Below are positions 10,200 through 17,957 of a stretch of DNA of 64,000 nucleotides, one piece after another. A model generated the notes under the pieces. That model had not been told where the DNA came from and did no database searches. It was given only the letters and a program-made list of their open reading frames with translations. The stretch lies in the NCBI GenBank assembly GCA_944325465.1, contig CALVAE010000017.1:541-64540 (forward strand), written 5' to 3'. A program made the translations under genes and the position numbers. Position 1 is the first letter of the stretch. Each line of letters begins with the position of its first letter. Source of the stretch: an uncultured Bacteroidales bacterium (GTDB lineage Bacteria > Bacteroidota > Bacteroidia > Bacteroidales > UBA932).

Positions 10200-10574
10200 C
10201 TCAAGAGATATGCACCGGCAACCTTTAATATACGGCTCCAGTGGCATCATCGGGGCGCATATCTCCTGAGATGTGTGTCGCGAAGGACAGGATAAACCAT
10301 AAAACAGGATGGACAGGCAGGTGACGGGAATGGATGGGCACGGAATGAGTGAGCGGACTGTAGGAACAAAAAAGGAATGCGGGACCGCGAACAAACCGGA
10401 TTCGTATTTTATTAAAAGACAAGATATTACAAAATATCGTTGTCCGGGGTCCTTCCCAAAAATGGAGACCTCGAACAAGGTTGTTTTGATACTATGCTCG
10501 TGTACTTGACCTCTATATACAGCAGACCCTCCTACATTGCTGCAAGAGGGCGTATCGTTAAAGTCTGTATGCCG

Positions 10575-10760
10575 TCACAGTTCCTTGAATACTGGTGTAA
10601 AGTCGCTCCAATCCTCGACCTTGAATGCCCGTATGTCTCTGACGTAATCTCTGAACCATGTCGTGTTTTTCAGTGCCTCTATCGCTCTGTAAAGGTTTGC
10701 TATATCGTTTCTCTCGGTAAGGTAGACGCTCCCCTGCGCGTTGTAGAATCCATTTCGGGC
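10575..10760 (-). pseudogene. vapD: 5'-truncated VapD (Cas2-like ribonuclease toxin) relic
   Basis: Manual translation gives [61 protein letters not shown]; QGSVY and [16 protein letters not shown] are VapD signatures; an in-frame TAA lies immediately upstream and there is no start codon. Confidence 0.82.
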
Positions 10761-10849
10761 TTATCTGGAAAAGTGCTATATTTTTTGGACGCTTAAATAC
10801 AATCTCTATAAAAACCTCAATCTCGTGCCCTAAAAAATCTGTCAGTTTT

Positions 10850-11203
10850 TTATCTGGAGACAGGAGGACATCTTTCAGCCATCCCTTTCCACCTTAAAAT
10901 TTGCTCCGGATGAATCTGCTTCTGATAATGGTCATCCACTAAACCGTCCTTGCCCTTTATGAGGAAACAGAGGATGAATGCCTCTATCTCTCGGTTCAAC
11001 TGGAGTATGAAATCAAGTTCGGTACATCCACCGTATCGAAGTCCAGTCCAGTAGTAGGCTTGTCCAGTCTGGTCTATTCTCGGTGTAAGGATAAGGAAAG
11101 TGTCGGGATAGTTGGTTGTTGCGATTCGGATGATACTGATGATTTTCTCGGTGCTCATGCTTTTCAGTTCGAGCCTTTGATAAGGGATAAATTGTGTGCT
11201 CAT
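10850..11203 (-). CDS. Hypothetical protein (orphan, lower-GC island)
   Basis: 117-aa ORF with ATG start and AT-rich upstream region; no motif recognised. Confidence 0.55.
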   Translation of the reverse strand: MSTQFIPYQRLELKSMSTEKIISIIRIATTNYPDTFLILTPRIDQTGQAYYWTGLRYGGCTELDFILQLNREIEAFILCFLIKGKDGLVDDHYQKQIHPEQILRWKGMAERCPPVSR

Positions 11204-11226
11204 AATGATTGTAGTTAAATGATTGT

Positions 11227-11256
11227 TTTGTTTTCGGGTAATTTTGGTTACCTTTG
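11227..11256 (+). promoter_or_regulatory. Promoter TTTG..TACCTTTG directly upstream of the small-protein pair
   Basis: TTTG at 11227-11230, TAnnTTTG at 11249-11256, ATG at 11264. Confidence 0.6.
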
Positions 11257-11263
11257 TTCTGTT

Positions 11264-11446
11264 ATGAGGAAGAAGTTTGGAGACTGGCTGTTAGATATAG
11301 CCAAATATATGGCAACTGCTATATTGCTGACTTCAATATTCAGCGATATGCAGAATGTTTGGACTTATGTCATTGTAGCGATAACAGTAGTAGCAACCCT
11401 TTTGCTGGGCTTATGGCTCACAAGAGATAAAACAAGTGAAAAATGA
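11264..11446 (+). CDS. DUF6722-like small two-TM membrane protein (60 aa)
   Basis: MRKKFGDWLLDIAKYMATAILLTSIF resembles the Bacteroidetes DUF6722 N-terminus; two hydrophobic helices. Confidence 0.72.
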   Translation: MRKKFGDWLLDIAKYMATAILLTSIFSDMQNVWTYVIVAITVVATLLLGLWLTRDKTSEK

Positions 11447-11550
11447 ATACGATAATCGTTTGTGGTTTTATCCTGCTCATTGCCATAGTCGGCTCGATTT
11501 ATTTTGCGGTGCAGGACAGGAAAGAGAAAAAGGCTCACAGGACTCAATAA
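11443..11550 (+). CDS. 35-aa single-TM small protein (missed by the ORF track)
   Basis: MNTIIVCGFILLIAIVGSIYFAVQDRKEKKAHRTQ*; ATGA overlap with the upstream stop codon; followed by a terminator. Confidence 0.7.
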   Translation: MNTIIVCGFILLIAIVGSIYFAVQDRKEKKAHRTQ

Positions 11551-11570
11551 GTCTTGCCGATACATTACAG

Positions 11571-11605
11571 AAAAGGACAGGTTTCATCGCCTGTCCCTTT
11601 TGTTT
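11571..11605 (+). terminator. Intrinsic terminator after the small-protein pair
   Basis: aaaaggacagg..cctgtccctttt hairpin with T tail. Confidence 0.65.
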
Positions 11606-11784
11606 ACAGCAGATTCGGTCACCTGGACATTTTGGGTGATGAAATGAGTTGAAAAAATCAAGGTTGGACATTTTGGGTGATGGGACGGCAAAAGTCAAGC
11701 ACGGAGCGAGCCGCTCCAACGAGCTCGGCGCAGTGCTTGGTCTTTAGCCGCCGGAGGTCGTATATTCCGGCGGCGGTGCCGGCA

Positions 11785-12576
11785 TCAATAATGTCTTCTG
11801 ATGTATTCGTCCAAGAGTTTCTTCCTGTGCTCTTTGCTGATCCCGCTATGAACCCTGACCTTTGTCTTGAGGTCGGAGAAGAACCCCTCAAGAGCGTTGT
11901 TTGTGTTGGGAAGCCCAGTCTCCGGATGGTCGTAGAAAGTCCACAGAAGAGGCATGTTGCGCTTGACGCTCAGGTATGCGCTGCGCAGTCTCGGGCGCAT
12001 GTACGGAGGCGTTTTCCGCTTAATTCTCCCGTCATGAACCCTCTCATTGACCACATCCTTGTACTTGTCGTACCACTCGCCGAATGCCCCGATGAAACTC
12101 TCCTTGTCCGTAGCAGTAATGCCGTTCACCAACTCCAGCAATTCCCGTGAGGCCTCTATCTCAGGGTCTTGCGTGAGATACCTGCGTACGATGAGCATCT
12201 GGTGAAACTGGCACATCTGTACACGGAGCGGCTTCAGAGCCTGTGGCAACCCCTTCATCCCGTCTATTACGGCGCCGTATATCCTGAACCCGTTGCTTTT
12301 CAGCCAGTCAACACCCTCCACATACTGGGCGATTGTTTCATGACGGACATATTTGTGCCACAGGACATTGCCCCGCAGGGCATCACGGATCACCATCAGT
12401 CCGAAGTCCCGACCCCAGTAGGTCGTGTCCATCTGAATGGTCACATCCTTGTACTTGGCTATCTTATGAACATAACGCATGTCCTCCAAATCGCGGCGGA
12501 TAGTCTTCTCATTGACCCCGTACTTGACGGCAAGTTGATTCAGTGTCTGCTTGCCCTCCACGTAATCGGTTATAAC
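11785..12576 (-). pseudogene. IS256-variant DDE transposase lacking its N-terminus
   Basis: MDTTYWGRDFG, VIDGMKGL, QMCQFH, PNTNNALEGFFSDLK motifs; the frame is open exactly up to the ISL3 junction at 12576. Confidence 0.8.
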
Positions 12577-12639
12577 GGATCACCGGGGAAACCCTGTGTT
12601 TTTGAGGAGGAAGGATTACCTTTGCAAAAAAAATAAACC

Positions 12640-13020
12640 ATGGAGACACAGGAATTGTATGAATTTCTTCTGGGGAGCCTATTTCCCAAGGAAATAACTG
12701 ACCATTTCAAGATAGTGCATATAGAGTCACAGCCGGAGATACTAGTTGTCCACTTTGAAGAGAAAGACGAGTTTCACGAGGCTGAGGAAGGGCATGAATA
12801 TGAGCGAAACGGCTTCTATGAGCCCTCTCGCATCAATGACTTTCCGATAAGGGACAGGAAAGTGACACTGGTAGTCAAGCGCCGACGCTGGATAGACAGG
12901 ACGACAGGAAAGAGCGATGGGAACAGGTATGACCTGACGGCGGAAGGGACACGGCACACGAAGGAGTTTGCCGCTTTTTTAAAAGGGATATTTGGACAAC
13001 TGCCCGATAGCGGCTCGTAG
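12640..13020 (+). CDS. ISAon1/ISL3 transposase N-terminal ORF
   Basis: NGFYEPSRINDFPIRDRKVTLVVKRRRW and GTRHTKEFAAFLK motifs. Confidence 0.85.
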   Translation: METQELYEFLLGSLFPKEITDHFKIVHIESQPEILVVHFEEKDEFHEAEEGHEYERNGFYEPSRINDFPIRDRKVTLVVKRRRWIDRTTGKSDGNRYDLTAEGTRHTKEFAAFLKGIFGQLPDSGS

Positions 13021-13975
13021 TCTGGAGCGGCCATATCATATAGACGGAGACCAATTGGAGCGGCAGTACAAGGATCATCTGAGCGGCTACAGGAGTTGGA
13101 ATCCACAAGAGCACGCAGACCAGTGGCTTGTCTTTCCGGAGAACGTCGGAGATCGCCTGAGCATAGACGAGACGAGCCTGAGCGACGGGGAACTCTACAC
13201 GATAGTGACCAACAAGGCTGCACACGGGAAGAAGGGGACGATAGTGGCGATAATCGCGGGCACGGAATCAGGCAAGGTGCTGGACGCCCTGATGAAAATA
13301 CCGATGACCATCAGGCAGAAGGTCATGGAGGTCACTCTTGACATGGCGGGCTCTATGAACAGGATAAGTCGCCGGGCGTTTCCCAATGCGGTCAAAGTCA
13401 TAGACCGTTTCCATGTCCAGAAACTGGCACTGGACGCCGTGCAGGAACTCAGGATAAAGTTCAGGTGGGATGCGATGGACAGGGAAAACGAGCAGATAAG
13501 GCAGGCCAGACTGGATGGCAGGGAGTACATGCCGGAGGTGCTGCCGAACGGGGACACGCTGAAACAGTTGCTCTTCAGGAGCAGATACCTCCTGTACAAG
13601 TCTCCGGAGAAATGGACGGAATCCCAGAAAGTCAGGGCAAGGCTCCTGTTCGACATATATCCCGACATAGCGAATGCCTATTCGCTCGCTCACAAATTGA
13701 GACTCATATATTCAAAGACAAAGGTCAAGGGCGTGGCATACACCAAACTGGCCAGATGGTTCAATGATGTGCAGAAGTCCGGGATAGACACTTTCCGTAC
13801 CATCGAGGAAACGATCTACAATCACTACGAGAACATACTCAACTTCTTCGACAATCGTTCCACAAACGCTTCCGCCGAATCCTTCAATGCCAAGATAAAG
13901 GCTTTCAGACGGCAACTCCGCGGAATCTTGGATGTTAAGTACTTCCTTTTCAGACTTTGTAATATCTACGCCTGA
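12992..13975 (+). CDS. ISL3 transposase catalytic ORF (DDE_Tnp_ISL3)
   Basis: LSIDETSLSDGELYT, EVTLDMA, VIDRFHVQKL, RSTNASAESFNAKIKAFR motifs. Confidence 0.92.
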   Translation: MDNCPIAARSLERPYHIDGDQLERQYKDHLSGYRSWNPQEHADQWLVFPENVGDRLSIDETSLSDGELYTIVTNKAAHGKKGTIVAIIAGTESGKVLDALMKIPMTIRQKVMEVTLDMAGSMNRISRRAFPNAVKVIDRFHVQKLALDAVQELRIKFRWDAMDRENEQIRQARLDGREYMPEVLPNGDTLKQLLFRSRYLLYKSPEKWTESQKVRARLLFDIYPDIANAYSLAHKLRLIYSKTKVKGVAYTKLARWFNDVQKSGIDTFRTIEETIYNHYENILNFFDNRSTNASAESFNAKIKAFRRQLRGILDVKYFLFRLCNIYA

Positions 13976-14084
13976 TTTTTGGGGCCTGACACATACTTTT
14001 CCAGGTGATCCGGATTTCATCACCCAAAATGTCCACCCCGCCGCAGATTCTTCTTCGTCCTTGACGGACTGCGTCCGGGCATAC

Positions 14085-14113
14085 AAAAAACATCACAGAG
14101 GGTTCTGTGATGT
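14085..14113 (-). terminator. Terminator of the tRNA operon
   Basis: acatcacaga/tctgtgatgt stem with a poly-T tail on the minus strand. Confidence 0.7.
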
Positions 14114-14123
14114 CGCTTTCTTG

Positions 14124-14197
14124 TAGCGGGTCGCAGGATTGAACTGCGGACCTCATGATTATGAATCATGCGCTCTAACCAGCTGAGCTAACCCGCC
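14124..14197 (-). tRNA. tRNA-Met (CAT), elongator type
   Basis: GGCGGGT/ACCCGCT acceptor stem, TAGCTCAGCTGG D arm, catga-TTCATAA-tcatg anticodon arm, GTTCAATC T loop. Confidence 0.93.
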
Positions 14198-14248
14198 ATC
14201 GAGTTGTCGTTAGACTTCCCGTCATGCTGACGGTGCTGTCTGGATTTG

Positions 14249-14319
14249 TTGAGATAGAAGGACTCGAACCCTCACTGACAGAGCCAGAATCTGTAGTGCT
14301 ACCATTACACCATATCTCA
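14249..14319 (-). tRNA. tRNA-Gln (CTG)
   Basis: TGAGATA/TATCTCA acceptor stem, TGGTGTAATGG, acaga-TTCTGGC-tctgt, GGTTCGAGTCC. Confidence 0.93.
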
Positions 14320-14349
14320 ATATCTGTCCCCCCCTTGGATTTGGGACTG

Positions 14350-14357
14350 CAAATGTA
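14350..14357 (-). promoter_or_regulatory. -7 promoter element (TACATTTG) of the tRNA operon
   Basis: TAnnTTTG about 30 nt upstream of tRNA-Gln. Confidence 0.6.
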
Positions 14358-14412
14358 CGAAGGTTTTTTGAAAAAGCAATGCGTTTTGCAAAAAAATCAC
14401 AGAAATCAGGTG

Positions 14413-14892
14413 TTATTTGTACAACAGGACGGAAGCATATACTTCACATCCTTCGCCTCTCCCGACAAAACCCAGTCGTTCCGTCGTCGTCGCCTTGACC
14501 GAGACATCAGAGACGGAGACCCCCATTATCCCGGCAAGAGTCTCCCTCATCCGCACGATATGGCGGGCGAGTTTGGGAGCCTGCAAGGCTATGGTAATGT
14601 CAGCGTTACCGACCTTGTAGCCTTCTGCCTTGATGAGTTCCATTGTCCTGGCCAGCAGTATCTTGCTGTCTATCCCCCTGAATTCGTCCGAATTGTCTGG
14701 AAAATGTTTTCCTATGTCTCCGAGAGCAAGGGCTCCGAGGAGAGCGTCACAGAGCGCGTGGATGGCTACGTCTCCATCCGAGTGGGCTACGCATCCGACG
14801 GGACTTTCTATTTCTATGCCGCCCAGCATCAATGGCAGCCCGGGGGCAAGGGCGTGGACATCATATCCGTTGCCGATTCTGAAATTTTCCAT
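14413..14892 (-). CDS. ispF: 2-C-methyl-D-erythritol 2,4-cyclodiphosphate synthase
   Basis: RIGNGYDVH, HSDGDVAIHALCDA, GDIGKHFP, KATTTERLGF motifs. Confidence 0.97.
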   Translation of the reverse strand: MENFRIGNGYDVHALAPGLPLMLGGIEIESPVGCVAHSDGDVAIHALCDALLGALALGDIGKHFPDNSDEFRGIDSKILLARTMELIKAEGYKVGNADITIALQAPKLARHIVRMRETLAGIMGVSVSDVSVKATTTERLGFVGRGEGCEVYASVLLYK

Positions 14893-15004
14893 GCCGTAAA
14901 AATAATAAATTTATCTTCCATCGTCAAAGCCAAAGTCGTCCAGGTTTACAGTTTCTTGAAAATTTTAGTAATTTTGCAGACTGACCTTAAATGTAGAATT
15001 TGCT

Positions 15005-15295
15005 ATGGGATTCAATTTCGGATTCTTCGGAACGACAGAGCACAGGGTTTTCCGTTACAGGCCACGCTACTATGATGAGGAAAAGGAGGCTCTGAAAGAA
15101 AAATTCGGTCACGTTGACGGCTCGCTCAAAAACGGGCCGTACGTGCCGGGAAGTTATATCAAGGGCAGTCTGCGCAACGGGAATTACCAGCGCACGCGGT
15201 CTGCCGGAAAAGCACAGAGAATAATCGGTATTGTAGGCCTTGTCCTGTTTTTCGTCGTGCTGATCATGATTGCGAAATATTTTTCTTTACTTTAA
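15005..15295 (+). CDS. Conserved Bacteroidetes hypothetical protein with C-terminal TM helix
   Basis: RVFRYRPRYYDEEKE motif and TM tail; first gene of the mutL operon; TAATTTTG promoter element at 14969-14976. Confidence 0.7.
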   Translation: MGFNFGFFGTTEHRVFRYRPRYYDEEKEALKEKFGHVDGSLKNGPYVPGSYIKGSLRNGNYQRTRSAGKAQRIIGIVGLVLFFVVLIMIAKYFSLL

Positions 15296-15308
15296 TGCGG
15301 GCTGTCGG

Positions 15309-17210
15309 ATGGATATCAGAATATTACCGTCAAGTATAGCCAACGTGATCGCAGCGGGGGAGGTGGTCGAGAGACCGTCCTCCGTCGTGAAGGAACTGAT
15401 GGAAAATGCAGTCGATGCGGGGGCGGACAATGTCGCTGTCCTGGTGTCGGATGCAGGCCGGACCCTGATCCAGGTGATAGACAACGGTTGCGGCATGTCT
15501 CCGGATGAGGCCGTATTGTGTTTTGAGCGGCATGCGACCTCGAAGATAGCGACTGCCGAGGACCTTATGGACATCCATACATTCGGTTTCAGGGGAGAGG
15601 CACTTGCTGCGATTGCCGCCGTCTCGGAAGTTACGTTGCGGACACGGAGGGAAGAGGACGAAACAGGCTGTGAAGTCTTCTTTTCGGACTCCATACACAG
15701 GTCTACGGAACTGGTGGCGGCTCCTAAAGGCTCCAGTTTCTCTGTCAGGAACCTCTTCTATAATGTTCCGGCGAGACGGAAGTTCATCAAGTCCGACAAT
15801 GTGGAACTGAAACATATCATTTCCGAGTTCACCAAGATAGCCCTTACAAGACCCGATATAGGTTTTTCCCTGACCCACAACGGCAAGGACCTCTATGTCC
15901 TCAAGCCTGCCATGTCCCTGAAATTCAGGATTCAGGACCTGCTGGGCACGAATGTGACTAATGCCGTGGTCGATATCAAGGCAGAGACATCGGTGGTGCA
16001 TCTGTCCGGCTATATCGGCCGGCCTGATCTTGCCAGAAAAGGTCGCGGGAACCAGTATCTTTTCGTCAACGGCAGGTATTTCTACAGCAAATATCTGCAT
16101 CAGGCAGTCATGAAAGGGTATGAGAACCTGATAGCGGATAATGTGATCCCGTCATATTTCATTTATCTTGAAGTGGACCCGCATTCAGTGGATGTGAATG
16201 TCAGTCCGAGAAAGACGGAGGTCAAGTTTGAAGATGACAATGTCATTTTCCAGATTATATATGCCTGCATAAGGGAGACTCTCGGCAAGAATTCTTTCGG
16301 AGACAGCATCGATTTTGACAGGGAGGGGGCTCCGGACATACCTGTGATCGGAAAGCATTACGCGGAATACAGGCCGGTGACTGAACCGGGAATTACCGTA
16401 GATCCTGACTATAATCCCTTTGCGGATGATGGCCTTTCACCGTCAGTGCCGCAATATGCCGGAACGGGACATGACACCGGTGCGGGTATGCCTTCTGCGG
16501 ATGCAGTCCGGCCGGCAGACTTCGGAAGCGGTCCCGTCCGGCCGGATTCCGGGTATCAGGATTCGCGGAATTATGCCGGACAGTATTCCGGATTCGTGTC
16601 GCAGTCGGACAATTACGGCCGGCTCTTCGAAGAGAAGACCTTGCCGTCAAAATCCGTGATAATCCTTCAGGGGAAATATATCCTGACCCAGGTAAAGTCC
16701 GGTCTGCTGGTGATAAATATCAGGCGGGCGAAGGAAAGGATCCTGTATGAAAGGTTCCTGAAGGCGATATCGTCCAATGCCCATACTACGCAGACTGCGC
16801 TTTTCCCGGTGTCAGTGTATGTCGGGGTGGAAAATATGCCCCTGTTTGACGAGTATTCCTCCCTGCTTGCCTCGCTTGGTTTTGACATAGCCCCTTTCGG
16901 GAAGGATACTGTTGTCGTGAACGGGGTGCCGGAGGGCTATTCGGTGGAAGAGGGGAAGGTGAAGACGGTGGTTGCCGATATACTGCTTGCCCTTTCTGAC
17001 GGCCATCCTGATCTGCCGGAAATGATGGCGTCCGCCATGGCCGGGAAGTTCGCGAAAATAGGTGCGGCCGAGGGGGATGTCATGACATCTGCCGTCGAGG
17101 CACAAAGATTGATAGACACGCTGTTCGCCTGTGCCAATGCCGAATATACAAGTTCAGGGCACAGGACAATGTCGATGCTGGCAGTGGAAGAACTGGACAA
17201 AAGGTTCTGA
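15309..17210 (+). CDS. mutL: DNA mismatch repair protein MutL
   Basis: IAAGEVVERPSSVVKELMENAVDAGA, ERHATSKI, GFRGEAL, VDVNVSPRKTEVKF. Confidence 0.97.
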   Translation: MDIRILPSSIANVIAAGEVVERPSSVVKELMENAVDAGADNVAVLVSDAGRTLIQVIDNGCGMSPDEAVLCFERHATSKIATAEDLMDIHTFGFRGEALAAIAAVSEVTLRTRREEDETGCEVFFSDSIHRSTELVAAPKGSSFSVRNLFYNVPARRKFIKSDNVELKHIISEFTKIALTRPDIGFSLTHNGKDLYVLKPAMSLKFRIQDLLGTNVTNAVVDIKAETSVVHLSGYIGRPDLARKGRGNQYLFVNGRYFYSKYLHQAVMKGYENLIADNVIPSYFIYLEVDPHSVDVNVSPRKTEVKFEDDNVIFQIIYACIRETLGKNSFGDSIDFDREGAPDIPVIGKHYAEYRPVTEPGITVDPDYNPFADDGLSPSVPQYAGTGHDTGAGMPSADAVRPADFGSGPVRPDSGYQDSRNYAGQYSGFVSQSDNYGRLFEEKTLPSKSVIILQGKYILTQVKSGLLVINIRRAKERILYERFLKAISSNAHTTQTALFPVSVYVGVENMPLFDEYSSLLASLGFDIAPFGKDTVVVNGVPEGYSVEEGKVKTVVADILLALSDGHPDLPEMMASAMAGKFAKIGAAEGDVMTSAVEAQRLIDTLFACANAEYTSSGHRTMSMLAVEELDKRF

Positions 17211-17257
17211 CAAGGCGGCAGGAGACAGGACAAGTACAAATTTTTAACTGATTATTG

Positions 17258-17956
17258 ATGGGTTACGGTTACAGTTACAACAGGGGCGGCTTTCTCAGTT
17301 CATGGCCTCCCGCTACCAAAAGCATAATAATAATAAATGTCCTGATTTTCATCATGACTTCGCTGAATCAGGATTTCATGATAAGGAATTTTGCGCTTTT
17401 CTATCCGACATCCCCGTTGTTCAAGCCCTGGCAGGTGATCACCCACATGTTCATGCATGGCGGATTCTGGCATATATTCTTTAACATGTACACCCTGTTT
17501 ATTTTCGGAAGCGTGCTGGAAAGGCAGTGGGGAACCAAAAAGTATCTGCTTTTCTATTTTGTGACAGGACTTGGCGCGGCTGCATTGCATACGGGAGTGC
17601 AGTGGATAGAGGCCCAGCATTATATGTCACAGATCGCTGCCGGGAATGCAGGTGCCGCTGCGGCTCTTCATTCATTGAAACTTACTCCGACCGTAGGTGC
17701 ATCGGGTGCCATTTATGGTCTTCTGCTCGGATACGGAATGTTGTATCCGGATTCCGTGATGGCCTTGATTTTCCCTCCGATAGCATTGAAGGCCAAGTGG
17801 TTCGTAATCATATTCGCTGCCATAGAACTTCTGACCGGAATAACGGGGACCGGTGGCGGAGTCGCCCATTTCGCCCATCTCGGGGGTATGCTCTTCGGCT
17901 GGTTGCTGATAATGTACTGGAAACGCAGGAATAGACTGTACCAGAGGTACGATTGA
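17258..17956 (+). CDS. Rhomboid-family intramembrane serine protease
   Basis: PWQVITHMFMH, HIFFNM, GASGA, AHFAHLGG. Confidence 0.93.
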   Translation: MGYGYSYNRGGFLSSWPPATKSIIIINVLIFIMTSLNQDFMIRNFALFYPTSPLFKPWQVITHMFMHGGFWHIFFNMYTLFIFGSVLERQWGTKKYLLFYFVTGLGAAALHTGVQWIEAQHYMSQIAAGNAGAAAALHSLKLTPTVGASGAIYGLLLGYGMLYPDSVMALIFPPIALKAKWFVIIFAAIELLTGITGTGGGVAHFAHLGGMLFGWLLIMYWKRRNRLYQRYD

Positions 17957-17957
17957 G

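Larger units (their letters stand above)
12577..14011 (+). mobile_element. ISL3-family (ISAon1-like) insertion sequence
   Basis: Terminal IRs ggatcaccggggaaa / ttttccaggtgatcc; two-ORF transposase; no flanking target duplication. Confidence 0.88.
11617..14042 (-). mobile_element. IS256-variant (Zn-binding type) insertion sequence, disrupted by a nested ISL3
   Basis: Perfect 22-bp subterminal IR tggacattttgggtgatgaaat (11624-11645 and 14014-14035), GG termini, 8-bp direct repeat gcagattc at 11609-11616 and 14043-14050. Confidence 0.85.

Noticed and set aside
10440-10796. 118-aa plus-strand ORF
   Set aside because: It is the antisense shadow of the vapD relic
11436-11639. 67-aa ORF listed in the track
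   Set aside because: It runs through a terminator into the IS end; the 35-aa ORF at 11443-11550 is better supported
10015-14123. Integrative element with an att duplication of the tRNA-Met 3' end
   Set aside because: No duplicate of the tRNA 3' end and no integrase were found; the IRs are explained as IS ends with a target duplication
14224-15075. 283-aa plus-strand ORF
   Set aside because: It overlaps tRNA-Gln and ispF on the opposite strand
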